From NCBI GenBank assembly GCA_964504195.1, contig CAZDDI010000010.1:22956-86955 (forward strand): 64,000 bases of DNA. Direction: 5' to 3'. The stretch's first letter is position 1, and every line of letters starts with the position of its first letter. Position numbers and translations under genes: made by a program. The stretch is from an uncultured Anaerolineales bacterium (lineage in GTDB: Bacteria; Chloroflexota; Anaerolineae; B4-G1; SLSP01). Positions 9,728-19,047 of this stretch are shown one piece after another. The notes beneath the pieces were generated by a model. That model did not search any database, was not told the origin of the DNA, and saw only the letters and a list, made by a program, of their open reading frames with translations.

Positions 9728-10074
9728 TTCAGTTCTTTCTCTTGAGGCATCCTAACATCTCGAAATGTTGGTAACGAAGTCTCATCATCTCCTGTCCTGA
9801 TGGCATATCATGTTTTGGTATATTTGACCCACTGGGTTGATTCGGAGATATAAGACACAGATTTTACGGATAAAACGGATTTTTCCGGTTCTTATCCGTA
9901 AAATCCAAGCAAATCCATGTCTTATCAGCATTCTGACGAACCGGTAGCAACTTGGATTAAGCTAGCCGTTTTTGCCTGAACGGCAATGGTCTAGCGCCTC
10001 ATTATACCCCAAACAGAACAGAGGGCGAATCAGCGGGAGAACTTGCAGACAACGTAGTTTGTCCCCCACAAGCT

Positions 10075-12009
10075 TTATGGGCAGGGCATGATTTCAACGG
10101 TACTAATGCAGAATCTGTCTAAATCATCACATCCAGTCGGCGATAAAACGTTGAGGCGTGTGTTATCCACGGGATTATACACGCCTACATAGAGCCGGTA
10201 TTCTCCTGGGAGCGTGTCAAGCGGGATTAGCAACGCATGCCGCTGAAGCACCGACACAGAGGCGTCCCCGTCATTTGGGGCAAGATACAAAGTTATATCA
10301 GCGTCGCTCTGCGCAAGTGGCAGAGTGTCTGGACATCCCAGATGCACAAAGGCTTTGTAGGCGCGTTCGTGGGGCGCGCTGATATGCCAGCGCAAGTCCA
10401 GGCTGAGCACCTCGCCTGGTTGGAGCGAAGTAATAGGCGATACATAATCCAATGCAACCTGATCTTCGTAAACTGCGTGAGCCGACCAAACCAGGGGCAG
10501 CTCACGCGCGCGCACGAATAAGGCCAGTTGTGAATCGCCATACCAGGTATCAAATACAAACACCGCGTACCGATTGAGCCATTCATTAAAGGGATTGCCG
10601 GTGTCATGCACATCGGCAAAATAGTTGACTACCCAAAGCCGTTCATGTGAATCGAATATGTCGCCAAGTAGCTCAGAGACAGTTGCGGGGTCATAGGTGT
10701 TACGATAAAACACCACCGGCAGATGTGGCGCGTAGCTCGCAAAATAGCCATCTTGCCAGACGTAGGTCGCCAGCAGAGCGTCGTTGGGTTGAGCCAGTGC
10801 CTGGACTTCAGCAATGAGCGGGCGATAGTCCTCATCCGCATCAACCGGCCCATGATAAGAGCGGGCTATAGTATGCCCGGTGCTGGTGATGATCAAGAGC
10901 ACTGCGGCCAGGCCGGCCCAAGGCCATCTACGGAGGACATAAGAGGTCCCTAATGCCGTCAACAGTAGCCATAAGGGGACGCCCGGAAACGCGAGCTTGA
11001 TCCCGCGCATGAGGTCTTCATCAGGCGCATACTGCACAAGTGCGATGAGCAGCACCGCGCCTAGCGCGCCAAGTGCAAGCGCGACGGCGGCTGTATGATG
11101 GCGTTTGAACAGCGTCGCCCCACCTAAGAAAGCGAGCAGCGTCAACGCGAGTGTAGCTATTGGGGCGCTCGCATTGCCGCTCGCAGTCCCAATGACAATC
11201 TGCTGGAAAACGGGCAGCATATCTCCTAGAACTTGTAAATTGGGGAGTGGATTCACGCGCTCGGCTTGCAATGAGCGCAGTTGTGAACCGGCATAGAGCA
11301 GCCAGGGTGCCAGAAGCACACCTGCGAGCAGCATTGCAATCAGCCAGCGCTTCAAGATAGTGGATGACTGCCGGTAAGTTAGCAGCAAAGCCGCAGCGTG
11401 GGCCATAGGGAGCAACGCAAAAACGTACTGTGTACTCACCCCCAGGCTGATGCTGAGCAGGTACACCAGCCACCAGATACGCGCTGTCTGCAAATCCGTC
11501 AAGATACGCAGAAAGGCATAGGTGGCGAGCATTGCTAGCAGTATCCCCAAACTGTACATGCGAATCTCGCGGTCATAGTAGAACACAAATGGGGCCACGG
11601 CGCTCAATGTGGCGGCCAGCATCCCGGCGCGTTTGCCATCCAAACGTTGCGCAGTCACATAGAGCAAGGGGATCGTCAGCATACCCGTCAGGACAGAGAA
11701 GAAGCGTGTGCTAAACGGCGATGCGCCAGCCATTGCCATCCAACCATTGAGCAACACATAATACACGGGCGGGTGGACATCGGCAGCGGTGGCGCTTAAG
11801 AGATCGCCTAGCGGCAACTGCGCTACATAGATACTGAAACCCTCATCCCACCATAAGGGTTTTACATCGAGCCGGTAAGTGTAGAGTGTAAAAGCCAGCA
11901 GGCATAGCGCAACACACGCCCCATTGGCGGCCAATCTCCCGGGGGCGATTGCGAGTTGCGCAGCGCGCTTAAAGTTTCTATCCATCTTTTTTGTATGAGC
12001 CTGGATCAT
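10075..12009 (-). CDS. PMT/ArnT-family (GT-C fold) membrane glycosyltransferase.
   Basis: N-terminal region with more than ten transmembrane segments. PLWWDEGFSIYVAQ matches the ArnT/PMT family (a DE in the first loop). There is a soluble C-terminal domain. Confidence 0.65.
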   Translation of the reverse strand: MIQAHTKKMDRNFKRAAQLAIAPGRLAANGACVALCLLAFTLYTYRLDVKPLWWDEGFSIYVAQLPLGDLLSATAADVHPPVYYVLLNGWMAMAGASPFSTRFFSVLTGMLTIPLLYVTAQRLDGKRAGMLAATLSAVAPFVFYYDREIRMYSLGILLAMLATYAFLRILTDLQTARIWWLVYLLSISLGVSTQYVFALLPMAHAAALLLTYRQSSTILKRWLIAMLLAGVLLAPWLLYAGSQLRSLQAERVNPLPNLQVLGDMLPVFQQIVIGTASGNASAPIATLALTLLAFLGGATLFKRHHTAAVALALGALGAVLLIALVQYAPDEDLMRGIKLAFPGVPLWLLLTALGTSYVLRRWPWAGLAAVLLIITSTGHTIARSYHGPVDADEDYRPLIAEVQALAQPNDALLATYVWQDGYFASYAPHLPVVFYRNTYDPATVSELLGDIFDSHERLWVVNYFADVHDTGNPFNEWLNRYAVFVFDTWYGDSQLALFVRARELPLVWSAHAVYEDQVALDYVSPITSLQPGEVLSLDLRWHISAPHERAYKAFVHLGCPDTLPLAQSDADITLYLAPNDGDASVSVLQRHALLIPLDTLPGEYRLYVGVYNPVDNTRLNVLSPTGCDDLDRFCISTVEIMPCP

Positions 12010-12039
12010 GTTAGATGATGGCCCACGCAGCTCCGTAAA

Positions 12040-13662
12040 TCAATCCACGTGGAAGGCGTCGAGGGTCACGTCGCCATGCTGCGCAGTGAGGGTGAGGTGC
12101 TGCGCGCCCGGCAAGAGCGCGCGCGCCACGACGACCGGGCGGCCATCCAGGGCGATGGTGCGCGGTGCGCCATCCGCCACAGTTACCGCAATTGTACCGG
12201 CACCAGGGCCAGGATGCAATGTGAGCGCGCGACCCTCCCAGCGCAGGGCCACGCTCGCGCCCGGCTGGAGCGCGCGACGATAGCTGCCCAGCTCGGCGAC
12301 GGGATCGGCGACCGTATCCCAAGCGCCTGTATACGCTAGCTGCCAGGCTGTCGCCTGATGCGCGCCGGGGTAGAGCGTCGGCTCAAGCGTGGTGAGGTAA
12401 TCGTGCAGCGCAGTATACAGCGGCAGGGGCGTGAAATCCGGCTCCACCATGCGGAAGTAGTACATCGGCTGGTCAAGCTCGGCATCGGTGGCGCGCTTGA
12501 AGAACCAGACCGTCGTCACGCCCGCCCAGGGCCACTCCCGCTGGATGCGCTCGTAGGCCAGCACGGCATAGCGCGCCTGCTGCTCCAGCGTCACCCGCCC
12601 GTAGGTGTCGGGCAGCCCATCAGGAACGGCGTTGCTGTTCATCTCACTGATCCATACAGGCTTGGTGGCGTCACCATTGGCGACCATCACATCGCGCACC
12701 CAGACGGGGCGGGCAAAGTTGATGAGGTCAGGGCGCATCCGCCGGTCGGTTGGACCGGAGCGCAGCATATAGGCGTTGACCGCGAGGATGTCGAAGCAGT
12801 CGCCCGCGCCCGCGTCATACATACGTTGGAGGAAGACCGTGTCCATGAGATTGTTGCCCTCGTAGGCGGGGTTCCACGAACCGAGCTCGGCGGTGGGGGC
12901 CAGCGCGCCGGTGATGATGACCGCGTCGGGGTCAGCGGCCTTGATGCGGCGGTAAGCCAGGCAGAGCATCTCGGTATAGGCGACCGGATCCACCGGCTGG
13001 TTGCCCCACTCAGGGTAGATGTTCGGTTCGTTCCAGATTTGGTAGAAGCGGATGCGACCCCGATAGCGAGCCGCCACCGCCGCGACATAATCGCCGTAGT
13101 CGGTGAGATCATCGGGGGGCGCGAACGCGCCGCGCGCTGTGCCATCGGCACGAGTCCAGGCGGGCGGGGCTTCCAGCCGCGCGATGATGCCCAGCTCGTA
13201 CTGCTCAGCCAGAGCGACAATGGTATCGTATTTGTCCCACGCGGAACGGTAAGGTTCCCAGCGGCGATCCTCATAATCATCCTTGCCATGGATTTCCAGA
13301 TCGTACCAGGGGAACGATTGGCGAATCCACGCGAACCCGGCATCCGCAATCATCTGGACGGTCTGTTCGCGCTTGACGAGTTCGACCTCTTGCTCCAGAA
13401 AGGTGTTGACGCCAAAGGGGGACAGATCAGCATAGGCGATGGGAACAGCATCCGCTGTGTTGGGCAGCGGGCGGAGGGGATTTAGGAGCCATTGGCCGAA
13501 GCCGCGCACTTGAGAAGGGAGCGCCTCCTCGCCGGTAAGCGCAAAGATGCGCGCGCGCGGAGCAGGCCAGAACCAGGCGGCAATCAGCAACAGCGCGAAT
13601 AAGCCAGCGCCCAACAGCACCCACAGCCAGGGGCGACGGCGAGACCGCAACGAGGGTATCAT
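12040..13662 (-). CDS. Membrane-anchored clan GH-A (TIM-barrel; GH5/GH39-like) glycoside hydrolase.
   Basis: N-terminal transmembrane segment. YQIWNEPN is an acid/base NEP motif and WISEMN is a nucleophile-Glu motif. Confidence 0.6.
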   Translation of the reverse strand: MIPSLRSRRRPWLWVLLGAGLFALLLIAAWFWPAPRARIFALTGEEALPSQVRGFGQWLLNPLRPLPNTADAVPIAYADLSPFGVNTFLEQEVELVKREQTVQMIADAGFAWIRQSFPWYDLEIHGKDDYEDRRWEPYRSAWDKYDTIVALAEQYELGIIARLEAPPAWTRADGTARGAFAPPDDLTDYGDYVAAVAARYRGRIRFYQIWNEPNIYPEWGNQPVDPVAYTEMLCLAYRRIKAADPDAVIITGALAPTAELGSWNPAYEGNNLMDTVFLQRMYDAGAGDCFDILAVNAYMLRSGPTDRRMRPDLINFARPVWVRDVMVANGDATKPVWISEMNSNAVPDGLPDTYGRVTLEQQARYAVLAYERIQREWPWAGVTTVWFFKRATDAELDQPMYYFRMVEPDFTPLPLYTALHDYLTTLEPTLYPGAHQATAWQLAYTGAWDTVADPVAELGSYRRALQPGASVALRWEGRALTLHPGPGAGTIAVTVADGAPRTIALDGRPVVVARALLPGAQHLTLTAQHGDVTLDAFHVD

Positions 13663-13673
13663 ATCACGCGCGC

Positions 13674-14051
13674 CTAGCGCGTAGGGGATTTTTCCAGCTT
13701 TTCATTGAGCATCTTTTGCAGCGGGAAAGGTTTCGCGCGGTCGTTAATATGCTCATTGACTTCGGCAAGAGCCTTGTTATAGACCTCATACAGCTCATCA
13801 TCATCGCCCTTAAAACCGGTGATGGTGCGGCGAGCGCAAGTACAGCAGCCCAGCGAGGCACGGTAGCTGTCCAGGTCACACGTGAGGCAGCTGCCGAGCT
13901 TGATCATCATCAAACCAAACGCTAACACTTCCGGGTGATTGTGCGGCAAAAACGAGGCTCGATCCACCACCCGCTGCCATTTAGAACCGCGCAAATCACG
14001 TAACTGAGGGATGCAACGCGGTGGAAAGAGAATCTCACTATCAGGATACAT
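13674..14051 (-). CDS. Small Cys-rich hypothetical protein.
   Basis: 125 aa. Cys cluster GSCLTCDL...LGCCTCARRT. No family recognised. Confidence 0.4.
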   Translation of the reverse strand: MYPDSEILFPPRCIPQLRDLRGSKWQRVVDRASFLPHNHPEVLAFGLMMIKLGSCLTCDLDSYRASLGCCTCARRTITGFKGDDDELYEVYNKALAEVNEHINDRAKPFPLQKMLNEKLEKSPTR

Positions 14052-14090
14052 TAGGGCCTTCTATAAATAAGTTAGATAAACACGGTGCAA

Positions 14091-14229
14091 TCATAACACA
14101 TTTAAGGCCGTTTTTCAAGGGTATTTTCGGAAAATTTCGGGGAATTCTTGGGTTAGTTACAACAACTGAACAAATAGACACGAAACCCAATTTGTGCGAA
14201 ACCTGCCAGGTCTTAACTTAATGACATTG
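14091..14229 (+). mobile_element. Degenerate copy of the roughly 133-bp MITE-like element (family with TIR caatgtcatta). The right arm gcgaaacctgccaggtcttaacttaatgacattg is intact; the left end (caatcataaca) has decayed.
   Basis: Its right half is nearly identical to copies at 42515-42548 and 57778-57818. The internal segment cccaatttgtgcgaaacc is also shared. Confidence 0.55.
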
Positions 14230-14962
14230 GATGGTTACGACTTGCCACTCTCTGGGGTCGCCCAATCCAAAACACGCACCAGAGACATGCGGCAAGGGTC
14301 AACGACAGCAACGTATCAACGCGATAGGCCCCCCAGAGTGGAACAGGATCGGCGCGCAAAGTAGTCAACGCCGCCTCGCCTACCCAGTAAAGCGCGAGGG
14401 CTGCACCACCGCAACGGCCCAAGGCGACCGCCGCGCCAACCATGAGCAAGGCCCAACCCATGCCCAAGGTCGCCGTCGCATAGCGCGAAGCGAGCAGGCC
14501 ATAGAGATCGCGCGTCTCTGCGATCAGCCAGACGGGCGTTACCGCATCCTGCCCCCAGGCGCACCCCGCCGCAGCACAGCCCCACCAGGCTCCAGCAGCT
14601 GTCAGCAAGACCGCCGGGGTAAGCCAGGTCAGCAAACGGGCCAGGGGTAAGTGAACGCGGCGCACGAACCACATCGCCGCGAGCAAGCCACCCACGAAGG
14701 CGCTGCCTCCGTACAAACCGCCCACGCGCCCCAGCGCCAGAATCGCACCAGGATTCTGAGAGAAGTAGAGAGGATTGCCCAACACATAGCCCAGGCGACC
14801 CAAGAGGAGTGTGCTCGCAAGAAGCATCCATAGCAACGCCGGGATAGCGGCTCGTGAGACGCCCCAGCGCGGCGCGCGCCATATCAACCATGCTGCCCCC
14901 AGCAACACACCGAGGCTCAAACGCAGCGTATAAGGGTGAATCCAAAGTGAACCTATCCGCAT
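14213..14962 (-). CDS. lgt: Prolipoprotein diacylglyceryl transferase-like membrane protein.
   Basis: Polytopic membrane protein. GRLGYVLGNP and LGRVGGLYGGSAFVGGLL match the Lgt ARLGY and GGxxxHGG motifs. The last 10 codons, ASRNHPMSLS, are encoded by the MITE-like element. Confidence 0.5.
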   Translation of the reverse strand: MRIGSLWIHPYTLRLSLGVLLGAAWLIWRAPRWGVSRAAIPALLWMLLASTLLLGRLGYVLGNPLYFSQNPGAILALGRVGGLYGGSAFVGGLLAAMWFVRRVHLPLARLLTWLTPAVLLTAAGAWWGCAAAGCAWGQDAVTPVWLIAETRDLYGLLASRYATATLGMGWALLMVGAAVALGRCGGAALALYWVGEAALTTLRADPVPLWGAYRVDTLLSLTLAACLWCVFWIGRPQRVASRNHPMSLS

Positions 14963-15013
14963 GATGCGTTGAGTATAACATGGCAGCGCATAAGCGCAAT
15001 GGCGTGAAGGGCA

Positions 15014-15874
15014 TTAGTCTACCGCGATGGGTGTGGCTAGTCCCGTCAAAGTTGTGATTGGACGGCACTGCAAGAGATAGAGCTGCCGCCGCTGATAGGC
15101 GCATTCCAGATCCACGGGCCAGCCCTCACCTACTTCTAACGAGCGGGCCAACCGTGCCAGCGCCACAATCTGCGCGTCCTCCAGCGCAGGCTGAGCGCGC
15201 AATAGACGCGGGATGGCAACCTCGCGCGTGCCGGCGGAATATGCAACCGTCATCACCGTTTTCTCAGATACCTGCCGTGCGATGATCCTCAAGTCACGCT
15301 TGCTCACAATGTACAGATCAGGCGTGACAGTACCGCCTACCAGGCTCTCACCCAACCCCCAGGTGGCGTTGATGACGATGTGCTCGCGCTCGCCCGTGCG
15401 TGGATCAACGCTGAAGACGACGGCGGAGGCATCGGCCAGCACCAGCTGTTGCACCAGTACGGCAATCTCGGTGCGCTCGCTCAGGCCATGCGTATGCCGG
15501 TAAACCCGCGCACGATCGCTCCGCGCTGAGGCCAGGCAATGCTCAACCGCGTGTGCCACCGCCTCCGCACCGACCACGTTGAGATAGCTCTCATGTTGTC
15601 CGGCGAACGAGGCCAGCTGGCCGTCTTCATCCACCGCTGAAGAGCGCACTGCCACGCGTGGAGCGGGATGTCCGCAGCGCTCGCCGAGTTGATTGTACGC
15701 CGCACCTAAGCGCCGGGCCAGCACAGGCGGGATACGCTCAGCGGCTTGCGTCGCGGTAAGGCAAAAGCCCGGTGGCACCGGATGGGTTGCCGCGAGCCGT
15801 CCGAGGTTAGCAGCCTTCCCGCCCACCAGTTGGGGATTGCGACAAATGGGATTATCCAGCCAGTAGATGTCCAT
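15014..15874 (-). CDS. PEP-utilising enzyme, PPDK_N (ATP-grasp nucleotide-binding)-like domain protein.
   Basis: LVGGKAANLGRL and the downstream pattern match the PEP synthase / pyruvate phosphate dikinase N-terminal domain. Confidence 0.6.
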   Translation of the reverse strand: MDIYWLDNPICRNPQLVGGKAANLGRLAATHPVPPGFCLTATQAAERIPPVLARRLGAAYNQLGERCGHPAPRVAVRSSAVDEDGQLASFAGQHESYLNVVGAEAVAHAVEHCLASARSDRARVYRHTHGLSERTEIAVLVQQLVLADASAVVFSVDPRTGEREHIVINATWGLGESLVGGTVTPDLYIVSKRDLRIIARQVSEKTVMTVAYSAGTREVAIPRLLRAQPALEDAQIVALARLARSLEVGEGWPVDLECAYQRRQLYLLQCRPITTLTGLATPIAVD

Positions 15875-15959
15875 CGTACACCTCCAAAAGAATCAGCGAA
15901 TCGCAAATCACAAATCGTAAGCGTATGTTTGAGTGAAACGCGAGGGTGCATTCTCTCCC

Positions 15960-17663
15960 TCACGCCTCACGCAACAACCGCACTACGCCCTGATTGCCGT
16001 CCACTTCCAGCCATTGACCATCGCGGATGATTTCGGTGGCGCTGCGTGTGCCCACAACGGCGGGGATGCGATACTCACGAGCCACTACCGCACCATGCGA
16101 GAGCAGCCCCCCCATATCGGTCACGACAGCAGCGGCGGTGAGGAACAACGGCGTCCAGGGGGGCGAGGTCGTCGTGGTCACGAGAATTTCGCCGGGTTGC
16201 AAGCGATGCGCATCGTTCAACGAGAGGATGACACGGGCAGGCCCGCGCACCTTGCCCGCTGCGCCGGCCTGCCCCACCAATGTGTCCGGCTCGGCCTGGG
16301 GAAGGTCCATCTCGGCAACATGGCCGCCCACATAGCGCAGCATCCGCCGCGCGTCCGGTGAGTAAAGGTAAAGCGGCTCAGCAGGACGAAGGCCCAGTTC
16401 GCCCGGTTCATCGTAAGCAGCCCAACGCTTAACTTCGGCCAGACGCTCAGCGGCGCGCTCACGATATTCCAGAGTCGTATCGGTCGCCAACGCGCGGAGC
16501 TCGTTGAGCAGCAGATAGAACACATCGTCAGGCTGGTGCAGTTGCCCGGCAGCGGCAAAGCGGTTGCCGAATTCCCGCACGATGCGATGAATCCACCCAA
16601 AGCCGTTAAAGTCAATGTAATAAGTATGATTCTCAGTCAACACCAGTGCCAGCTGCGCCGAACGGAGCAATTGCTCGAAGTGCTCCACCACTGGCGTGGG
16701 ATAGGTCACCAGAGCACGGCGTGCCTCAACGATGGCGGCTTCCCGTTCAGCCGCTGCCTCTGCCAGTTCCGCCTGCAAATCCCGATCAGGCTGCGCCAGA
16801 TACGCCTTAAGATTATTGAAGACTGGCATGGGATCATCTTGCCAACTGGGATAGCCCCAATCCCACAGATCGCTGCGCCCGCCGTAGGCCGCCAGAAAAG
16901 CGCGTACCTCGTCCAAAAACGCCCGCCCCGTTGCGAAACTATCCAGAATGGCCCACAGCATCTTCGTCGGCAATACATTAATCGCCAAGGCTACATCTGG
17001 CGTCTGGAGCGCCAAATCACGCAGATGCCACAACGCTCGCCCAATCTCCAGCGTCTTGTTATCGAAGCCCTGGAGCAAGCGGTGCGCGTCCAGTTTGGTT
17101 TGATCGGGAAACAAATCGCAGTAGAGCGTTTCGAACTCGTCAATGGCGAACCACATGGGCGACCCCATCAGGTAGTGGATTTCGTACAGTTGCGAGCCAC
17201 GCAAAACGCTCTCATTTAGATGTGCCAGCAAGGCTTCCCGCGATGCGCCCCGCACATCGAACGCGTGCCAAAAATCCCAGTGCGCTTCGAGTCGGGGTAG
17301 CCATTCCTCACGCCACACCTGTTCCAGACGCAAACTGATGGTGCTGAGCTTCTCGCGATTGCGTTGAGCGCGAGCGGCGAGCGCTTCCGGCGGGCCAGCG
17401 TAGGGCGTGATGTGCGTGTAGATGTAGTTGTTGATGAGAATATCACGGCGTTGCGCTACAGCCTCATCATAAGTTTCAGTGACACGATTGCGACTCTCGA
17501 CTCCCATCTCCCCGGCGGTACTGAAGAACATCGGCGTCAGCGGGTCGGGCATGTGTTCGCGATCGCGCGTCCAATGCCCCATAGCGAATGCGGGATCAGG
17601 CCAAACAACCGGGAAATCATCCGGCGCTGTTAGCGGGGTTCCTACTAAAGTCTGGGTATCCAT
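15960..17663 (-). CDS. Protein with a C-terminal PEP-utilising-enzyme mobile (phosphohistidine) domain and a large N-terminal region of unknown function.
   Basis: The C-terminus TTTSPPWTPLFLTAAAVVTDMGGLLSHGAVVAREYRIPAVVG is the classic mobile domain, with the catalytic His in GGLLSHGA. Confidence 0.6.
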   Translation of the reverse strand: MDTQTLVGTPLTAPDDFPVVWPDPAFAMGHWTRDREHMPDPLTPMFFSTAGEMGVESRNRVTETYDEAVAQRRDILINNYIYTHITPYAGPPEALAARAQRNREKLSTISLRLEQVWREEWLPRLEAHWDFWHAFDVRGASREALLAHLNESVLRGSQLYEIHYLMGSPMWFAIDEFETLYCDLFPDQTKLDAHRLLQGFDNKTLEIGRALWHLRDLALQTPDVALAINVLPTKMLWAILDSFATGRAFLDEVRAFLAAYGGRSDLWDWGYPSWQDDPMPVFNNLKAYLAQPDRDLQAELAEAAAEREAAIVEARRALVTYPTPVVEHFEQLLRSAQLALVLTENHTYYIDFNGFGWIHRIVREFGNRFAAAGQLHQPDDVFYLLLNELRALATDTTLEYRERAAERLAEVKRWAAYDEPGELGLRPAEPLYLYSPDARRMLRYVGGHVAEMDLPQAEPDTLVGQAGAAGKVRGPARVILSLNDAHRLQPGEILVTTTTSPPWTPLFLTAAAVVTDMGGLLSHGAVVAREYRIPAVVGTRSATEIIRDGQWLEVDGNQGVVRLLREA

Positions 17664-17786
17664 TACATGCCTCCTTATATATGAATCGAGTATGAATTCG
17701 AACGGGCGATTGCCCTGTGTCTACTTTCAGTATACTCTTTTCTAACCGCTGAGGCTATGACCCGTATCACACACCCTGAAACAAAC

Positions 17787-17819
17787 AAAACGCCCCTTCC
17801 CGGATGGGGAAGGGGCGTT
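17787..17819 (-). terminator. Rho-independent terminator downstream of rplL.
   Basis: Minus-strand cgccccttccccatccgggaaggggcg hairpin followed by a T-run. Confidence 0.7.
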
Positions 17820-17843
17820 GCTCAAAAACGCTATATCTGAGAG

Positions 17844-18224
17844 CTACTTGAGCTCTACGACCGCGCCGACTTCCTCGAGCTTGGCCTTCGCCTCAGCAGC
17901 GATTTCCTTACCAACAGCCTGCATCACAGGCTGCGGAGCGCCTTCGACCATATCCTTGGCCTCTTTCAAGCCCAGGCTGGTAAGCTGGCGCACAACCTTA
18001 ATGACATCAATCTTCTTCGGGCCAAAGTCCTTGAGAATGACGTCGAACTCAGTCTTTTCCTCTTCTTCCTCAACCTGAGCAGCGGCGGTGGGCATTGCGC
18101 CCATCATCGCCACCGGAGCCGCTGCGCTCACACCCAGCTTCTCCTCCAGTTTCTTAACCAGATCGGCCGCTTCCATCAAAGAAAGTGCGCTGATTTCCTC
18201 TACCAGTTTTTCCAGGTCTGCCAT
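17844..18224 (-). CDS. rplL: 50S ribosomal protein L7/L12.
   Basis: [32 protein letters not shown]...[12 protein letters not shown]. Confidence 0.95.
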   Translation of the reverse strand: MADLEKLVEEISALSLMEAADLVKKLEEKLGVSAAAPVAMMGAMPTAAAQVEEEEEKTEFDVILKDFGPKKIDVIKVVRQLTSLGLKEAKDMVEGAPQPVMQAVGKEIAAEAKAKLEEVGAVVELK

Positions 18225-18281
18225 TTTAAATTCTTCTCCTTGAACTTTGAGTTATGTTTGATTTAGAAACAAGCGCGCGGG

Positions 18282-18836
18282 TCAGGCCGCGGCCTCAGCG
18301 GTTTGATTACCGCCTTCGAGCTTATCTACATACGCCTGCAACACATTCATGACCTGCCGAATACCGCTGGCAACCACCCCGACCGTCTGCGTCGCGGGCG
18401 CATTGATGGTACCTAACAGTTTCGCAAACATGACTTCGCGCGGCGGCATATCTGCCAACGTTGCTACATCTGCTGCCCCATAGAAATGCCCTTCCACCAG
18501 CGCCCCACGCACCATGAAACGTGTATCATTTTCTTTAGCGTAGTCGCGGAAAAGTTTGGCAACAGGGGGAGCATCCTTATAGCAGAAAGCCACCAGCGTT
18601 GGCCCGCTGAACAAATCAACGGGAGGGGTCAGCGAATGCTCCTGCAAGACACGCTCCAAAAGTGTATTTTTGATAACAAAAACTTCACTGTCTTGCTCGC
18701 GCGCACGCCGACGCAAATCTTGCATCTGCGCCACGCTGAGGCTGCTGTAATGAGCCAGGATCGCGCCCTGGCTTCGCTCTAATTGTTGAGCATAGACCTC
18801 TACCAGATCTTCTTTACGAGCGCGTGATATAGCCAA
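18282..18836 (-). CDS. rplJ: 50S ribosomal protein L10.
   Basis: Position between rplA and rplL. The L10-like sequence ends in an Ala-rich C-terminal tail. Confidence 0.9.
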   Translation of the reverse strand: MAISRARKEDLVEVYAQQLERSQGAILAHYSSLSVAQMQDLRRRAREQDSEVFVIKNTLLERVLQEHSLTPPVDLFSGPTLVAFCYKDAPPVAKLFRDYAKENDTRFMVRGALVEGHFYGAADVATLADMPPREVMFAKLLGTINAPATQTVGVVASGIRQVMNVLQAYVDKLEGGNQTAEAAA

Positions 18837-19047
18837 CTATCTCACCTCCTTATGTAATTAACAACCAGCCTGAATTCAGGCTTACAACAGCAAAACGGGC
18901 CTTACTTCGACTACCGAAGTAAGGCCCGGCTCTTTACAGAGGTGCTTTGCCAACAAAGCCCGGTCTTACCTCGGCAGGACATTAAGCGCTGGGGGCGCAC
19001 CTGCTGTCTTCGGCAGACAGACTCAAACCCAATGGGTTAAGATCTAC
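18837..19047 (-). promoter_or_regulatory. Probable L10 (rplJ) leader, a structured autoregulatory 5' UTR.
   Basis: A 210-nt untranslated gap between rplA and rplJ. It holds stable hairpins: ggccttacttcgactaccgaagtaaggccc and ctgtcttcggcagacag with a ttcg tetraloop. Confidence 0.5.

Noticed and set aside
12358-13485. 375-aa plus-strand ORF and 220-aa minus ORF 12687..13349
   Set aside because: They overlap the glycoside-hydrolase gene (12040..13662), whose NEP/SEMN catalytic motifs identify the true frame. The alternatives are Arg/Gly-rich shadows.
14316-15104. 262-aa minus-strand ORF overlapping the Lgt-like gene in another frame
   Set aside because: The translation is Arg/Gly-rich with no hydrophobic helices. 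The 14213..14962 frame gives a coherent polytopic membrane protein with Lgt-like motifs.
16536-17219. 227-aa plus-strand ORF
   Set aside because: It is antisense to the PEP-utiliser gene, which has a recognisable mobile domain.
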